Source of the DNA: Desulfomonile tiedjei
GTDB lineage: Bacteria; Desulfobacterota; Desulfomonilia; Desulfomonilales; Desulfomonilaceae
Assembly (NCBI GenBank): GCA_020718965.1
Contig: DYRE01000001.1
Span: forward strand, 1 to 25,856
Length of the DNA stretch: 25,856 nucleotides
Reading direction: 5' to 3'
Part shown: one piece after another, positions 25,628-25,856 of the stretch
How the letters are laid out: every line of letters begins with the position of its first letter
How positions within the stretch are numbered: the stretch's first letter is position 1
Program-made: the position numbers and the translations under genes
The notes under the pieces: generated by a model
What the model saw: the letters and a program-made list of their open reading frames with translations, nothing else
What the model was told of the DNA's origin: nothing
Databases searched by the model: none

Positions 25628-25856
25628 ATGAAGGAACTGACTCATTTTGATGACAAAGGCCAAGCCGTGATGGTAGATGTTGGCGGTAAACAGGTTACGG
25701 AGAGGTTGGCTATCGCCCGATCTCAAATTATCCTTAAGCCCGAAACTATGGAGCTAATTTTAAGTGGGGAGTCCAAAAAGGGTGATGTCTTTGGGGTCGC
25801 AAGGATAGCTGGAATTATGGCCTCCAAGAACACCTCCACACTGATACCTCTCGCCC
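25628..25856 (+). CDS. moaC: Cyclic pyranopterin monophosphate synthase MoaC, 3' truncated by window edge
   Basis: Not in ORF track. Manual translation [30 protein letters not shown]...[34 protein letters not shown] upstream. Confidence 0.93.
   Translation, partial: MKELTHFDDKGQAVMVDVGGKQVTERLAIARSQIILKPETMELILSGESKKGDVFGVARIAGIMASKNTSTLIPLA

Noticed and set aside
25840-25856. MoaC LIPLA instead of the usual LIPLC(HP)
   Set aside because: At the window edge; the following His cannot be verified and a single substitution is not interpretable without the remaining sequence.
1-25856. CRISPR arrays, tRNA/rRNA, IS elements, prophage or defence genes
   Set aside because: Intergenic regions are all under about 250 nt; by eye I saw no direct-repeat arrays, cloverleaf signatures, terminal inverted repeats or transposase/integrase ORFs.

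Overview
Gene-dense window of about 26 kb with near-balanced to slightly AT-rich composition (judged by eye). Gene content (soluble FdhAB-type formate dehydrogenase, FTR-like disulfide reductase, DUF2889/DUF169, rsmD-coaD-aminotransferase block) suggests an anaerobic Desulfobacterota-type bacterium; this is an inference. Order: 3' end of fdhA, fdhB, terminator, fdhE, Gate-domain membrane protein; rsmD-coaD-class I aminotransferase-surE-rnc; a Tat-type Fe/Mn superoxide dismutase; a minus-strand run dnaJ-cbpM-TPR-HAD(IIA)-FTR catalytic subunit; amidohydrolase, DUF62 SAM hydrolase, ComF; an AbfD/HpaB-family flavo-Fe-S enzyme convergent on a tight minus-strand five-gene cluster (mntP, two DUF2889-like genes, PHP, DUF169), which is divergent from a CDF exporter and an ArnT/PMT-type glycosyltransferase; a YkgJ-type Cys-cluster protein; a non-canonical HisD homolog; and the 5' part of moaC. 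I saw no tRNA, rRNA, CRISPR array, IS or prophage gene. Best candidate for an undescribed system: the mntP-DUF2889-DUF2889-PHP-DUF169 cluster, whose two DUF2889-like paralogs carry complementary parts of the Cys/His motif set. Two enzymes with altered active sites also stand out: the AbfD-like protein and the HisD-like protein. All family calls are by motif recognition from memory; no database search was run.
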